64,000 bases of DNA, taken from assembly GCF_009914755.1 (NCBI RefSeq), contig NC_060942.1; one strand, written 5' to 3'. The notes beneath the pieces are model-generated. The model saw only the letters and a program-made list of their open reading frames with translations, ran no database searches and was not told the DNA's origin. Both the position numbers and the translations under genes were made by a program. Below, piece after piece: positions 39,001 to 53,400 of the stretch (its first letter is position 1; each line of letters opens with the position of its first letter). This DNA comes from the human T2T-CHM13v2.0 reference genome, Homo sapiens.

Positions 39001-39324
39001 AGCTTTTAGAGAGATGTTGAAGCCATTTTACCCAATCATTTTGAATAAGAAATTGGCAAGAATGAGAAGAAATAGGTTATAGAGTAGATAACAGTCTGGG
39101 ATAAAGGAACCAGGAAGGAAAAAGTAAAGTTCTCAAAATGAGCTGCTAAGTGAAGATGATCTGCCCTCACCCCTATTCTTTAGGTTTTACTCAAACTTGA
39201 AGAAAAGTCAAAATTTAAGGGCCTGTGGTAAAGAGAAAAGCTGTATAAAAGTTTGATCAAGCCAAATTTCAGTGAGTAAGTGAAGGGCGATATTAATCAA
39301 TTGGTCAACCCCAAGGAGAGACAG

Positions 39325-40520
39325 TATTATTACCACTACTTGGCAAAATTTGTAAAGCATAATAATGCCAAATGCCATCAAGAATATGTGCCAACAAAAA
39401 CTGTTACACATTGTTGGGATGCTAAATTGTTGTAACCATTTTGGAAGAAAATTTATATTGTTTGAATTTGCATTGTTTATGAATCAACAATTCAGTACTA
39501 GAAAACAAACTACTGATACTCTTGTACATGTATACTACACACATGGGGGGTACTGTACTGTGTTTCAACAAGTACTTGAAATTAGAAAACAAAGAAATGA
39601 CCATCAAAAACATGAAAAAGATTATGATATAGACACACAGTGGGATATTTTAAAGGAATCAAATGAATAATCTAAAATGGCATTCAGCAACATGGATAAA
39701 TTTTAGAAACAATACTGAAAAGAGTCTCAGAATACTAAGTCCAGGATGATTATATTTTTACAAATAGTAAAGCCAAATCAAAATCAAAACAATACAGCTA
39801 GGCATTTATAATATACATTTGGGACATATTTCTGTTTAGAAATTGTAAAGATGTTCTATTTTTCACGTTTAGGAACCTATGTACAGTTTTTTATAGTTGA
39901 TGCACCATTTTGCCTTTTCACCAAAAATATACAAAGGTTCCAAGTTCTTCACACTCTTGCCAATACTTGTCTTTTTTTTTTTTTTTTTGACAACAGCGGT
40001 CCTTACAAGTATGAGGTGGTATGTCATTGTAGTTTTGATTTGTATTTCCCTGATGATTAGAGATGCTGATTATCTTTTGATATACCTGTTGGCCATTTTT
40101 ATGTTTTCTTTCCAGAAATGTCTGTTCAAGTCCTTTACCCATTTTTTAATTGTTTAGTAGGGGTTTTTTTTTCATTAAGTTGTAAAAAGTACTTCTATAT
40201 TTTGGAAATTAACTCTTTCAATGAGTATAAAGTGTCCATAATGCAAGATAAATAATTTCTAGATATATGCTTTAACACTGGAAAATTTGAGAGAACTCTC
40301 ATTACATGTTCTTACCACAATAAAATATAATAAAACAATTCTAAAGATGATAAACATAAAATTCAAGATTGTGTTTAGTCTGAGGAGAAGGCAAATGGGT
40401 CATGGTGCAAGCACACAGGTGGATGTGGCAGTAGTGTAATGTTCTAGTTCTTAAGTTTGTTGTTGGGTTCATGGGTATTACTTTTATCATGCGCTTTATA
40501 TCTTTATCTTTTGAGTCAAC
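39325..40520 (+). mobile_element. Old L1M 3' region interrupted by a second L1M insertion (39880-40330) with an inverted segment
   Basis: Sense L1 motifs (AACCATTTTGGAA, CAACATGGATAAAT); antisense ORF2 at 39880-40220 (TTGATTTGTATTTCCCTGATGATTAG); sense L1M tail at 40220-40330. Confidence 0.65.
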
Positions 40521-40750
40521 CTAACATTACATTAAAAAAACAGGTAAAAAATTGTATAAACTCAAAGTGAATGTCATTTTAGTGGAAACAAACAATGTCA
40601 CTGGAGAGACCATGTTATGTTTATGTATCATTTTATATAGGGGAAGAAAATTTTAGTTTACTAGATAATAGTTTTTTTTTTAAAGAATAATATCTAAATT
40701 TAGGAAATGGCATTTGCATAGATCAATTATCCTGTGTTAAAGAAGAAAGT

Positions 40751-41117
<367 letters not shown>

Positions 41118-41899
41118 TCATTATTTTGTTTAAAAGGGGTTTTGTATTCCTTTATTTGATATTGTGGAAATAATTGAATGGATATAAAAATGCTTCCTTA
41201 GGAAATCCAGTGATTATATGTGAAGTACCAGGTGACACCTGAAGAAATCTTACTTTCCTTTGAATATCTGCCATCATTAGCTCTGAGATTTCACGAAGCT
41301 TTAAAGGCAGAATGGACTTTTAGAATTATTTTATAACTTCTAGAGCATTATTTCAATCTATTTACATGGCATTAAAATGCTCAAGTGATTTTCATTGAAT
41401 TGCTTTTTCCTTAATGCCTGAACTCTAATTGCATTGCCTCATCACTGGCATTCCTGACTTGAATATTTGCAATTACTTATGTACTTTTCAATATGAAAAC
41501 ATCATAACCCTTGAGTACAATAACATCAGTGACACGAAGTCTACATAATATGCTGTCTTACAACAATGACACTACAGCCACAGGAAGTGCTGATCTATGG
41601 TTGTATCTTGCCAGCTGTTAAATCAAAGCATAGAGCTACTATCACACCTCTATTTTGCTTTTGTCACTCACTCTTCCTGAAAACTGTCAAATGACAATGA
41701 TGGCTACAACGCTAAACATGATCAATTATTATTGCTTTGAAGCAATGTGTGCCTTTATTTTTAAACTGAGTTTAAAAAATAAACTACAAATCTTAATTTA
41801 TTCCTCTTGTAGTCATGAGGGCTATTCCGAAGCCAAATTTACATTATGGTAATGGAGAAATAATGTTAAAATGAAGGAAGGAAAAAACACAATAGGAAA

Positions 41900-42125
41900 A
41901 TCACACTTGCCGCCATCCATTACTTTCTATATGCATGCTAGACATTTTGCATAGCTACATAATTTAATTATTTATGAATCTAGACTTACACTGTAGAGCT
42001 ATTATTTATAGTCTGATTTATAAAGGAAAACCTTGAGATTTAGAGGCATTAAGTACCTTGCACCAACAACACTCACAGAGTGGAAAAATAATTTAAATAT
42101 TTCTCATAGTCATTCCACTGTGGGA
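41900..42125 (-). mobile_element. MIR SINE (decayed)
   Basis: TTTATAAAGGAAAACCTTGAGATTTAGAGGCATTAAGTACCTTGC. Confidence 0.55.
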
Positions 42126-42923
42126 AGAGTGTGGGTGCAAATAACAATATGGGTCATTTCCACGACAATGATTTATACATTGTTAAAATTCATTTCTGTT
42201 TACAGAATTCAGAAATTTAAATTTCTTCACCTTTTCCTTTTTTGTTTTTTTGCTTTAATTACCATCTGGCTGCCTGTTGAAACAGTTTGCTAAAGCTAGG
42301 CGTTTCCAAACGTTGCTGATGAAAGAAAGCCTTTATAATTTATGTATGATAAATTATCTAGTGGTCAAAGTTTTTGTACTTTCTCGTTAATTTTGTGGGT
42401 ACATAGTAGATGTATTAAATTATGGGGTATGTGAGATATTTTGATACAGGCTAAATGTGTAGTAATCACATCAGGGTAAATAAGGTACTCATCAGCTCAA
42501 TTATTTATCCTTTCTTTGTGTTACAAACAATCCAATTACACTCTTTTAGTTATTTTAAAATGTGCAATAAATTATTGTTGACTGCAGTCACCCTTTTGTG
42601 CTATCAAATACTAGATCTTATTCATTTGTTCAGTTGTTTTAATTTTATAGCTCCCATAAGTAATTGAGAACCTGCAAAGTTTGTCTTTCTGTGCCTGGCT
42701 TGTTTCGCTTAACAAAATGACCTCCAGTTCCACCCATGTTGTTGCAAATGAAGGGATATCATCCTTCATGACTGAATAGTAGTCCATTGTGTACCACATT
42801 TTCTTTGTCTGTTTATGTCCATCTGTTTATGGATGTTAAGGTTGCTTCCAAATCTTGGCTATTGTAAATAGTGCTAAAATAAACATTGGAGTATAGATAT
42901 CTCTTTGATATGCTGATTTTCTT

Positions 42924-43306
42924 TATAGATATATTTTATATATATTATATATAATATATATATAAAATATAATATATATATTAATATATATAATATATAT
43001 ATAAAATGTATAATATATAATATATATATAAATATATTATTTTATATTATATTTTATTTTATTTATATTATTTTATATTATAAAATATATTTTATATATA
43101 TTATATATATTATACATTTTATATATATTATATATATTATATATTTTATATATATATAAATATTATATATATATAATATATATATAAAATATATAATATA
43201 TATATCGCATATTATATATATTATATATTTTATATATATATAAATATTATATATATATTATATATATATATAAAATATATAATATATATATCGCACCATA
43301 CATATA
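42924..43306. repeat. ~380-bp complex (TA)n AT-rich repeat inside the L1 ORF2 remnant
   Basis: Almost pure A/T, with internal direct and inverted duplications. Confidence 0.97.
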
Positions 43307-44584
43307 GCAGTGGGATTGCTGGATCATACGGTAGTTGTATTTATAGTTTTTGAGGAACCTCCAAACTATTCTCTGCACAGTGGTAGTACTAATTTACATT
43401 GCCACCAACAATGTACAAGGGTTCCCTTTTCTCCACATTCTTGCCAGAATTTATTGCCTGTCTTTTGGATAAAAGCCATTTTAACTGGAGGTAAGATAAT
43501 ATCTCGCTGTAATTTTGACTTGCACTTTTGCTGATGGTCCATGATGTTAAGTACCTTTTCATATATCTGTTTGCCATGTGTATGTCTTCTTTTGAGGAAT
43601 GTCTGTTCAGATAATATGCCAATTTTTTAATCAGATTACTAATTTTTTTCCTTTTGAGTTGTTTGAGCTCCTTATATTTTCTAGTTATTGCTCCCTTGTC
43701 AGATGGATAGTATGCAAATATTTTCTCTTATTCTCTAGGTTGCCTTTTCACTTTGTTGATTATTTCCTTTACCGTGCAGAAGTTTTTTTAACTTGATGTT
43801 ATCTCATTTCTTTATGTTGGCTTTGGTCACCTGTGCTGTGTATTATTCAAGAAATTTTTGCCAAGGCCAATGTACTGGAGAGTTTCCCTAGAGTTTTCTT
43901 TTAATAGTTTCATAGTGTGATGCCTTATATTTACGTCTTTAATGTTTGTATTTGGCAATTGATAGGGGGTTTAGTTTCATTCTTCTGAATATGGATATCC
44001 TGTTTTCCCAGCATCATTTCTTAAAGAGACTGTCCTTTCCCCAATGTATGTTCTTGGTGCCTTTGTTGAAAATGAGTTCATTTTAGAGGTATAGATTTAT
44101 TTCTGGATTATCTAATTTGTTCCATTGGTTTGTGAGTCTCTTTTTATGTCAGTACTGTAGTATTTTAGTTACTATATCTCTGTAGTATAATTTGCAGCCA
44201 GGTAATGTGATTCTTCCAGTTTTTTTTTTTTTTTTTTCTCTGAATGGCTTTGTCTGTTATTGGTCTTTTGTGGTTCCATATGAGTTTTAGAATTATGTTT
44301 TATATTTGTGTGGATAATATCATTAGTATTTCAATAGAGATTCCATTGCATTTGTAGATTGCTTTGGGTAGTATGGACATTTTAACAATATTGATTCTTT
44401 CAATCCTTGAACATGAAATATCTTTCCATTTTTTGGTATCCTATTACTTTCATCAGTGTTTTACAATTTTCATCATAAAGATCTTTCACTTCTTTGGTTA
44501 ATTCCTAGACTTTTATTTTTATATATGACTGTTGTAAATGACATTACCTTCTACATTTCTTTTTCCATATTTTCACTATTGGCA

Positions 44585-44925
44585 TGTATTTGTCCGTTTT
44601 CAAGCTGCTGATAAAGACGTACCCAAGATGGGGCAATTTACAAAAGAGAGGTTTAATGGACTTACAGTTCCACGTGGCTGGGGAGGCCTCACAATCATGG
44701 CAGAAGGTGAAAGGCACGTCTCACATGCCAGCAGACAAGAGAAGAGAGCTAGTGCAGGCAAACTCAACTTTTTAAACTATCAGGTCTTGTAAGACTTATT
44801 CACTATCATGAGAACAGCATGGGAAAGACCTGCCCTGGTGATTCAGTTACCTCCTACTGGGTCTCTCCCACAACACATGGCAATTCAAGATGAGATTTGG
44901 GTAGGGACAGAGCCAAACCATATCA
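44585..44925 (-). mobile_element. THE1B-like solo LTR nested in L1
   Basis: TGTATTTGTCCGTTTTC...GCTGATAAAGAC...CAAACCATATCA; TSD TGGCA/TGTCA. Confidence 0.95.
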
Positions 44926-47900
44926 TGTCATATGGAAATGCTAATAAAGGATGTTGAATTATATCAAATGCTTTTTCAGCATCAATTGAAATTATCATAT
45001 AATTTGTCTTTCATTCTGTTGATATGACATAGCACCTTGATTTATTTGCATATGTTGCACCTTGATTGATTTGCATATGTTTAACTATTCTTGCTTCCCA
45101 GGAATAAATCCCACTTGGTCATAATGAATGTTTTTTTAGATGTATCATTAACTTCAGATAGCTAGTATTATGGTGAAGAATTTTGCATCAATCATCATCA
45201 GAGATATTGATATTGACCTATAGTTTTCTTTTATTATCTCTTTGAATAAAACTACTACCTCTCTTTCTCTACCTCATCTTTAAGGCCAGTAACTTATATT
45301 TACAGTTTTGAGGCTATTTTCTTGATCTTATATGCATGCTTTATTCTTTTTCTTTTTTCTTCTGTCTTCTCTGATTGTGTATTTACACATAGCCTGTCTT
45401 TAAGCTCATTAGTTCTTTCTTCTGTTTGTTCAACTCTGCTGTTAACAGACAGTGATCCATTCTTCAGTATGTCAATTGCATTTTTCAGTTTCAGAATTTC
45501 TGCTTGATTCTTTTTAGTTATTTTAACCTCTTTGTTAAATTTATCTGATAAGATTCTGAGTTCCTTCTCTGTGTTATATTTTATTTTTGTTGAGATTTGT
45601 CAAAATAACTATTTTGAATTCTCTTTCCAAGAGGTCACACATCTGTCTCTGCAGAATTGGTCACTGGCTGCTTGTGTAGTTTGTTTAGTGAGGTCATGTT
45701 TTCTTGGATTGTCTTGATGCTGTTGATGTTCATCAGTGTGTGGGCATTTAAGAGTTATTTATTGTAGTTTTCGCAGTCTGTACTTTTTTTGTACCCATCG
45801 TTTTTGGGAAAGCTTTCCCTGTATTCAAAGGGACTTGGGTGTTCCTGTCTAAGTCTTTGGTCACTACAGTCATATCTGCTTTAGGGGGTATCCCAAATCC
45901 AGTAACACTGTGGCTTTTGCAGAGTCATAGAAATAGTGCCTTGGTAGTCTTGGGTAACATCTGGAAGAATTCACTAATTTAGCTGGCAAAGACTCTTGTT
46001 CTCTTCCCTTACTTCCACCCAAACAATCTTTCTGTGCTGAGCTGCTTGGAGCTGCAGGTGGGGTAACACAAGCATCTTTGAGGCCACCATCACTGGAACT
46101 AGGCTAGGTCAGACCTGAAGCCAGCACTGCACTGAATCTTGTCCAAGGCCCGCAGTGACCACCGCCTGGTTATTGCCTACATTCACTCAGGACCTAAGGG
46201 CTCGATATTCTGCAGTTTGCAACTCTAGCCAGGCTTGTGTCCTTCATTTCAGGGCAGCGAGTTCCCCTGTGCCTCAGCAGGTCTAGAGATGCTCTCCGGA
46301 AGCCAGGGGCAGCCAGTAATCTACTTGGTCCTCTATTCTACTGCAGCTGAGCTGGCACCCAAGCCATAACACAAAGTCTCTGCCACTCTTTGCTCCCTTT
46401 TTCTCAAGCAGAAATGTCTCCCTATGGTTACCACTGTCCCCTGGCTCATGGTGTGTATTACCAAGATACTGCTGATATTCACTCAAGGACTGAGGGCTCT
46501 TCATTCAGCTTTGGTGAATTCTGCCCATCCTGAGTCTCTCTCTTCAGGGTAGTGGGCTCCCCTCTGGCCCAGGACTGGTTCAGCAATGCTGTCCAGGAGC
46601 CAAGGCCTGGACTCAGGTACCCCAGGCACCTACTTAGTGCTCAACCCCACTGTGGCTGAGCTGGTACCCAAGCTGGAAGACAAAGGTCCCCTTCACTCTT
46701 TTCTCTTCTTTCCTAAAGCATAAGGGGATTCTCCCCATAGAAATCACAGCTGGGAATGTGCTGTGTTACACCTATAGCCAGTAGAGCTCAGAGTCTTACC
46801 TAAGGCTCACAGTGAGTACTGCCTATCGCTGCTGATTATTCAGGGCTCAATGGTTCTTTAGTCAGCATGCAATGAAACCTGCCAGGACTGTATCCTTCCC
46901 TTTAAGGCCTGGGGTCCCTTCTGGTCTTCTGGGTGTGTCAAGAAATTATGAATCCTCACCAGCATTTGTAATTGCCTGTCATCCAGAAGGTAAGGCCTGT
47001 ATTGGGGGCCTGATGCCCTATTCTACTGTGGCTGAACTGGTATCCACAATGCAAGACAAAGCCCTCTTTCCTCTCCCCTTTTCAGTCTTCAAGAGGGAAG
47101 GAGTGTCTCCCAGAGATGTTAGCTGCTCTTCCTGGGGTTGGGGAAGGAGTGACACAAGCACTCCCTTAGTTATCCCAGTGGCGTTTCACGGAGTGGTGTG
47201 AACCTCAAGTACACTGGCTCAGAGCCCAGCACAGCACCAGAACTTGCCCAGGATTTGCAATCCTTGTGGCCTAGCCTGACTTTCAAGTTTATTTCAAACC
47301 TGAGAGCATTATAGTCTGTGGTGGCAAGGTTTACCAGAACTCAGGTTTCCACTGCTGTGATGAACAAACGCCTCTGCCTTGGGCTGCTCTAAATGCTCAT
47401 TCTGTGAGCACCAGCAGAGTTTTGCTTGTTGTAGCTTTGCACTGTGACAGGAAAGCACTGAGTTCCAATGCAATGGCTCACAATCACTGTACCCTCTCTC
47501 AAGTGTGCAGGTTTTCTCAGAGCTGCCAAGGGATGGGGAAGGTGGTGTTAGCAATTCCAGACTGTCTTTCCTATCTTGTTCAGTGCCTCTTTCCTTAATA
47601 TGATGTGTTAAGTATTGTTAGTTACCAATCCATTATATACAGTGGGCTACAGTTTCCTTTAGTAAATATATAAATTCCAGTTGGCTTCTTATATAAGTAA
47701 TTAACTCCTTCTTCCATGTCTTTGCCCCAGAAAACTATGGTTGAATATATTAAATAATAAACATTTTATTTATGTAGATTTGTTTAGTTTTTATTGAAAT
47801 GAAAAATGTTCCCATGAATTTAAATTCTTAAAACATTTTCAGAGTATTAGCTTTAAAGGGATAGTTTAAATAAATTGGCACATAGAGGCAATTTGATTCC

Positions 47901-49729
47901 CTATCAATCACATATGCAATTTTCTATTTTTCAGAAGAACCTGAAAATATGAAAAGTGATTTTTTATACAAAATTGTTTTATTTATGTACAAAATTATAC
48001 ACAATACAGAAACAAGAATAAAAAAATTTGATTTTATATTTTCAATCAAAACTAGATATAGGATTATGACAAAAATTTTTAACTTAGGTATTGTAAAATG
48101 TTCACATTCTTTTGGTAATAAGATGACTATTTCTTTAAAGTTGATTTATAATAATACTTTTATAAATATTCATATGCAAATTACTAAAATATTACAAAAT
48201 ATACTAAGAAGTATGTTACTAAATTTGTAGGAAATTTTCAGCATATCATTTATTACAAAACTTTAGAGTGCACCTATAAAATGTCATGGTATTCTGCCAA
48301 CAAAATTGTTATTTGAAATGAATAACAAAGCTTTGAAATTTATCTTATACTTCCTAATTCTGCAAATTATGTTGTAGCTCTTAAAAATATTGAATATTCT
48401 ATGCTTGTGAAATTATGTATTTGCTCATATAAAATAACATTTTGTCAGAAGTGTTATAGAAATATAAGTTCTCCAAAAGGTTTACTTAAATACCAACTAA
48501 CATAGCAGTTCGTGGATTTTAATAGAAATCTACCTGCTTTTATATATTTATCCTCTGTGGGACTCTGCAAATTTATTTTATTTTTGAATTTCATAGGATG
48601 TAGGATCTCTGAACATTTTACTGCAGATATTATTTTTATATATTGAACATGTCTTACACAAGTATTTCCTGCACTAGATGTTTTTTGCTAGTATATCCTG
48701 AAGAACTAGTTCTTGCTTTTCCAAAAAGCAGCCAAATTGGTATTTCACAATGTTATCCTCAGAATGATAATATTTTCTAATGTATTGTAGCATATATTCC
48801 ATGTTTTGCTTTAGTTTCCCTTAATTAAGTTACAGCAATATGTTTCCTTAGTTTTGTGATTTAGTTTTTAAAAGCAAATAGAGCATTGCTTCATTTACTC
48901 CTTGGAGTCTCCCTTGGATTTAGTTCTGCACTCTGCATGGATACCTTACAAACCTATATTTTGAGTCTGGTTCTCACTTCAACCATTTATCTGCAACTAT
49001 CCAAGAAGTGAATGCCCTTGGGTGACTCTGACGTGTCAATACAACCTCTGCTCCTTATGTATATTTCCAGACAAATCATAATTTTCAGTACAGTAATACT
49101 CTCCTTCATTCTATACTCAAAACATATTATTATTGTACCATGATTTTACATTATTGCTTATATTTGAAAAAATATTGAAGTTTTGACTGAGAATTATCCC
49201 ATCCATCCATTATTCCATTTAATGTTCAAAGATTATATATTAAGCATTTACATTTAGGTCTTGGGTGTGGCATTGCATATGTAGTAGCAACCAAGAAAAG
49301 CAGAAAAAAAGTAAAAAAGAAAAATAGAAAATCATTATCTTCTAAGAGCTTACAGTAAAGTAAATAGGGAAATAAAATTCAAATCCTATTTCTGTTTTCC
49401 TTATGAATATGTCTATATCCATCACCTAAGCTTCTATTGTATTTCCATCAGTAATTCAGGCCTATGTACTGTGGAAGTCTTCCGGCTTACTTCCAATGAG
49501 TCATATACACTGGCCTCAGCAGGTTTTTAAAATTGTTTTTCCCTGAATCAAATGCATTTCACGACTCCTTCTTTCCAATTACACTTAGGGAATCTAAACA
49601 ATTCTTCCCATTTTTTTAAGGCATTACTTCATTGATTCACCCTTTTATTCATGTGTCCATATATTTATTTATTACACGGCATCTTTTTATAGTGCATTTC
49701 AGTTTAGGTAGAGAAAGAAAACATTCCTT

Positions 49730-50110
49730 AGTAGATGATGTAGAGAAAAATATGTCTCACTATATATAAAGATAAAATTGAGATTTATTGTGGACCTTGC
49801 TATATATGAGTAGCAAGACCATAATAGTTTAAAAATCTAGGAGGAGAATATGTTTACTTTACAATGGGGAAGAACCTCATAAAATTCAGAGCAAAAATCA
49901 AACAGAAATGGTTTTATGTCCGAATAAAAATTAAGGATTTCTGGTGGATGAAGGACACTTCGGTAAAAGTTAAAAGGCAATACATGGATTGGAAGAAGGT
50001 TTTTGTAAATTTAAAGTTAGTAAGAAAAAGTTCCCATGGAGTGTAACAGGGAATTCATATAAATTGGTCAGATAAATGATAGAAAAACATAGACAAAAAA
50101 AGGCAAATAT
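49730..50110 (+). mobile_element. Ancient L1 ORF2 fragment
   Basis: Track ORF 49864-50046 (KIKQKW...IKIKDFW.MKDT..KVKRQ..DWKKVF) resembles the ORF2 KIDKWD.IKLKSFC...KRQPTEWEKIF region. Confidence 0.65.
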
Positions 50111-50463
50111 ATCCTATATCTATTCTATAAGTGATTGCTTTAAATTTAACATATACTTACAGGTGTACTTTTATTACCCCGTGTTAATTAAACAGTATAT
50201 TCCCCATCCATCAAGACAAGGCCTTTTACATGAGCCCCCTCCCTGGCTCCATCTGTTCTTCACTGTTTTCTATATTGGGATAATCTGGCCTCCTACTTAG
50301 AGAATATTATAAATATTATCCTTATAATCAACAACTAGCAGATGTTGCAGTAATATCTAACAACTTCTGATGACACTGCAGGTTATCATGGGTTTTTTTG
50401 GCTGGTGACTAAAATTTTGTATCCAATGGTTTACTCCTGAATTCTTAATACTATGTATATGTG

Positions 50464-50479
<16 letters not shown>

Positions 50480-50495
<16 letters not shown>

Positions 50496-53400
50496 CATGC
50501 ATGTACTTATTTTGGAAAATCTTCTAATAATTCTTCTAGATGAAATTTATGGATGGTATCATCATGTGAGAGAATATGTTTGTATATAAATGTCTTCTTC
50601 TCCATCAAGCCAAAAACTATGTATTGCTGGATCACTACTTTCTTCCAATGTATTATGGCAGAGATGTCAAATTTGGTACTTGCAATACTCTTTCAGAATA
50701 ACAAATGGTGTCTGTCTTCGGGTCTGGAAAATTTTCATCTCTAATTGCTTTACTTATTACATAACCACAAATGTATCTTCTGGAAATCCAATGAGTCAGA
50801 TATTTAAGGTTTCTTTACAATTTTATTTTATTTTGTGCTTTCTATTAAATTATCGTTTGCAGTACATTCTGGGATAGTTCCTTGGCTCAATTTTGGTTGA
50901 ACAAATTTCCTTTGCAGCTGTGATCATTTTGTCACTCAGCCTACCTATTGCATCATTTTAATCTCAATAACCAAATTCTAATTTCCAAAATCTCAGTTTA
51001 ATATTTTATGAATACAAAATTGTCTTCATCTTTCTGAGATGAATAATAACATCTAAAGTTCAGGGTTTTTTTTTTTTCTTTTAACTCTATTTCTTTGGAT
51101 GAAAAGGTTTTTGCTGAATTTCATGCTTTATTTACATGGCTGGCTTTTCTCAAGTGTTGAATCTTGTGAGTTTAGTAACTTTTTGAAAGATTTCCAGCTA
51201 TATTATCTATTGGTTAAATTAATATAGCTAACTCAAGTTTTCTTTTTCTTATTGTCTGCATGACATTCTTTCTCCATCGTTTCTCTTTTAAACTATGTCT
51301 TTATATTTAAAGTGAAGTAAGTCGATGATATTTATCCATATTTTACCCTTTCTTTCTTTTCTTTGGTCTTGATGTTCTAGGGTTAGTTCTTTCATTTGGA
51401 GAGCTTCTTTTAGCTCATCTTTTACCTTAGGTCAGGTGACAAATTTTCTTACTTTTGGCACATCTGAGATTGTTTTCCTTTCCTCCTCATTCCTGAAGAG
51501 AAATTTTACTTGATATTGAATTCTGAACTGACATTTTTTTCCCTCAGTTCTCTTTTCCTCAGTTCTTGAGCCACATCCCTTAGCTTTCTGGTTTCTTATA
51601 AGAAATCTCCTGTCTTTTGAATTACTATTTCCCTATAGGTAAAGGGTTATTTTCTCTGACTGCTTAAAAGATTTTTGTCTTTGTCCTTATTTTTCAGAGG
51701 TTTCACTATGATGTGTCTTGGCATGAATTGCTTTGAGTTTATCTTGTTTGCTGTTTGCTCACCTTTTTAATTCTATAAATTTATGTTAATTTCTTCTAGT
51801 ACATTTTCACCTATGTCTTCTATTCCTATCCTTCTAGGACTCCAATGAAATGAATATTAGACCTTTTAGGCTAGTCCCACAGATCTCAGGAAGTCTGTTC
51901 ATTTCTTTTCAGTCTCTTTTTTCCTGGATTGTTCATTGGCTAATTTCTGTTCTTTTATCTTCAAGTGAGATTTTTTTTTTCCCATTTGTTCCCCCTATTT
52001 TGCTGCTGAGCTATTGATTTTTAAAATATTTTTATTATAATTTTACTTCTAAAATTTTGATTTCATTCTTTATAACTTTTACTTTATATTGAGACTTTCT
52101 ATTTTTTTCTGAGAGTTTCTGTGTTTTTATTTGTTTCAAGTGTGTTTGTAATTGCTTGTTGAAGTGTTTTGTGATGGCTTCTTTAAAATCCTTGTCAGAC
52201 CAACATGGCACATGTATACATATGCAACAAACCTGCACATTGTGCACATGTACCCTAGAACTGAAAGTATAAAAAATTATATATATATATAAAAAACCAG
52301 TCACTATTTATAAAATTAAAAAAAATCCTTGTCAGATTGTTTTAATACCTGTGCCATTCCAGTATCAGTATCTCTGATTATCTTTTTCCATTTGAGTTGA
52401 AATTTTCTGGGTTCTTGGTGTGATGGGTAATTTTTTACTAAATCTAAACATTTGGTGTACTATGTGATGAAATCTGGATCATATTTAGAGCTTTTTAAAA
52501 GCTGGATTTTTCTGACACTACTTCAGTGGGTGAAGGAATATACCACCTGTTAATTCCAGGTTTTGGTAAAAGTCCAAATTCTCCACTCAGTTTATGCTAT
52601 CACCCACAGTTGAGACACTCCTGTTACTGCTGGAGAGGGATGGAATTTCAGGATCCCCACTAGGCTTCTTGTAATGCAATCCTGCTGAGAGGTCGAGGTA
52701 GGTTTATTGTCATTATCACCATGTGGTCTCCACGAACACTGTGGTGTGGTTTTATACTGTTTGATATTCGCCCATAGCTCTCAAATATTCTGTTCTCATT
52801 TTTTTAAACATTCTCTTATCTTACTAGTCAGTTTGGGTAATTTCTAGTGACCCATCTTCAAGTTTATGATTCTTTTCATGACTATATTGGGTCTACTGGT
52901 AATCCCTGTCTGAGAGTTCCAGTGACTGGGTCATATCTGAGTCTTGTTCTGATGACTGCCTTATCTCCCCAGACTGAGTCTCCTTGCCATTTTAGTTAAC
53001 TCACAATCCTTTGTTAAGAGCTGGGCAAGTTGTATGGCACAGTAGATACAGAAGTAAATACATATACGACAAGAGATCAGTGTGTGAGTTAGTGCTGTTT
53101 GAATCGGGAGTTAGGCAGGGGTTTTACTTTGTTATTGCTATGGTTACCCTGTGTGTGTGGGACTCTTCCAACTCCTGGAGTGAGATTTTGTATTCTAGGT
53201 GCTGGTTAATATATCAGAGAGTTTATCTCAATATCTGCCCATCCTTTGGCTTTGGATCAACCTTTTGCACAGTTCCCTGGAGAGAATCTATGTGTTGCCG
53301 CATTCCCTGCTGTATCTCATTGTTAATGTTTGTAGTGTGGTGTTGGGGGGCAGGAAGTAGAATATCCCCCAATATTCTGATTAAGCCTCTGTTGTAGGCA

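Larger units (their letters stand above)
42380..47610 (-). mobile_element. Large L1MA-type LINE remnant (3'UTR, partial ORF2, ORF1 remnant, long 5'UTR) with internal deletions
   Basis: Track ORFs 42611-42799 (WYTMDYYSVMK...FATTWVELEVILLSE) and 43389-43622 (LNRHSSKEDIHMANRYMK) resemble the ORF2 C-terminus; GC-richer 5'UTR-like sequence at 45800-47600. Confidence 0.9.

Noticed and set aside
42611-43622. ORF2-like peptides as a coding gene
   Set aside because: Fragmented L1 remnants, split by stops and a 380-bp TA repeat.
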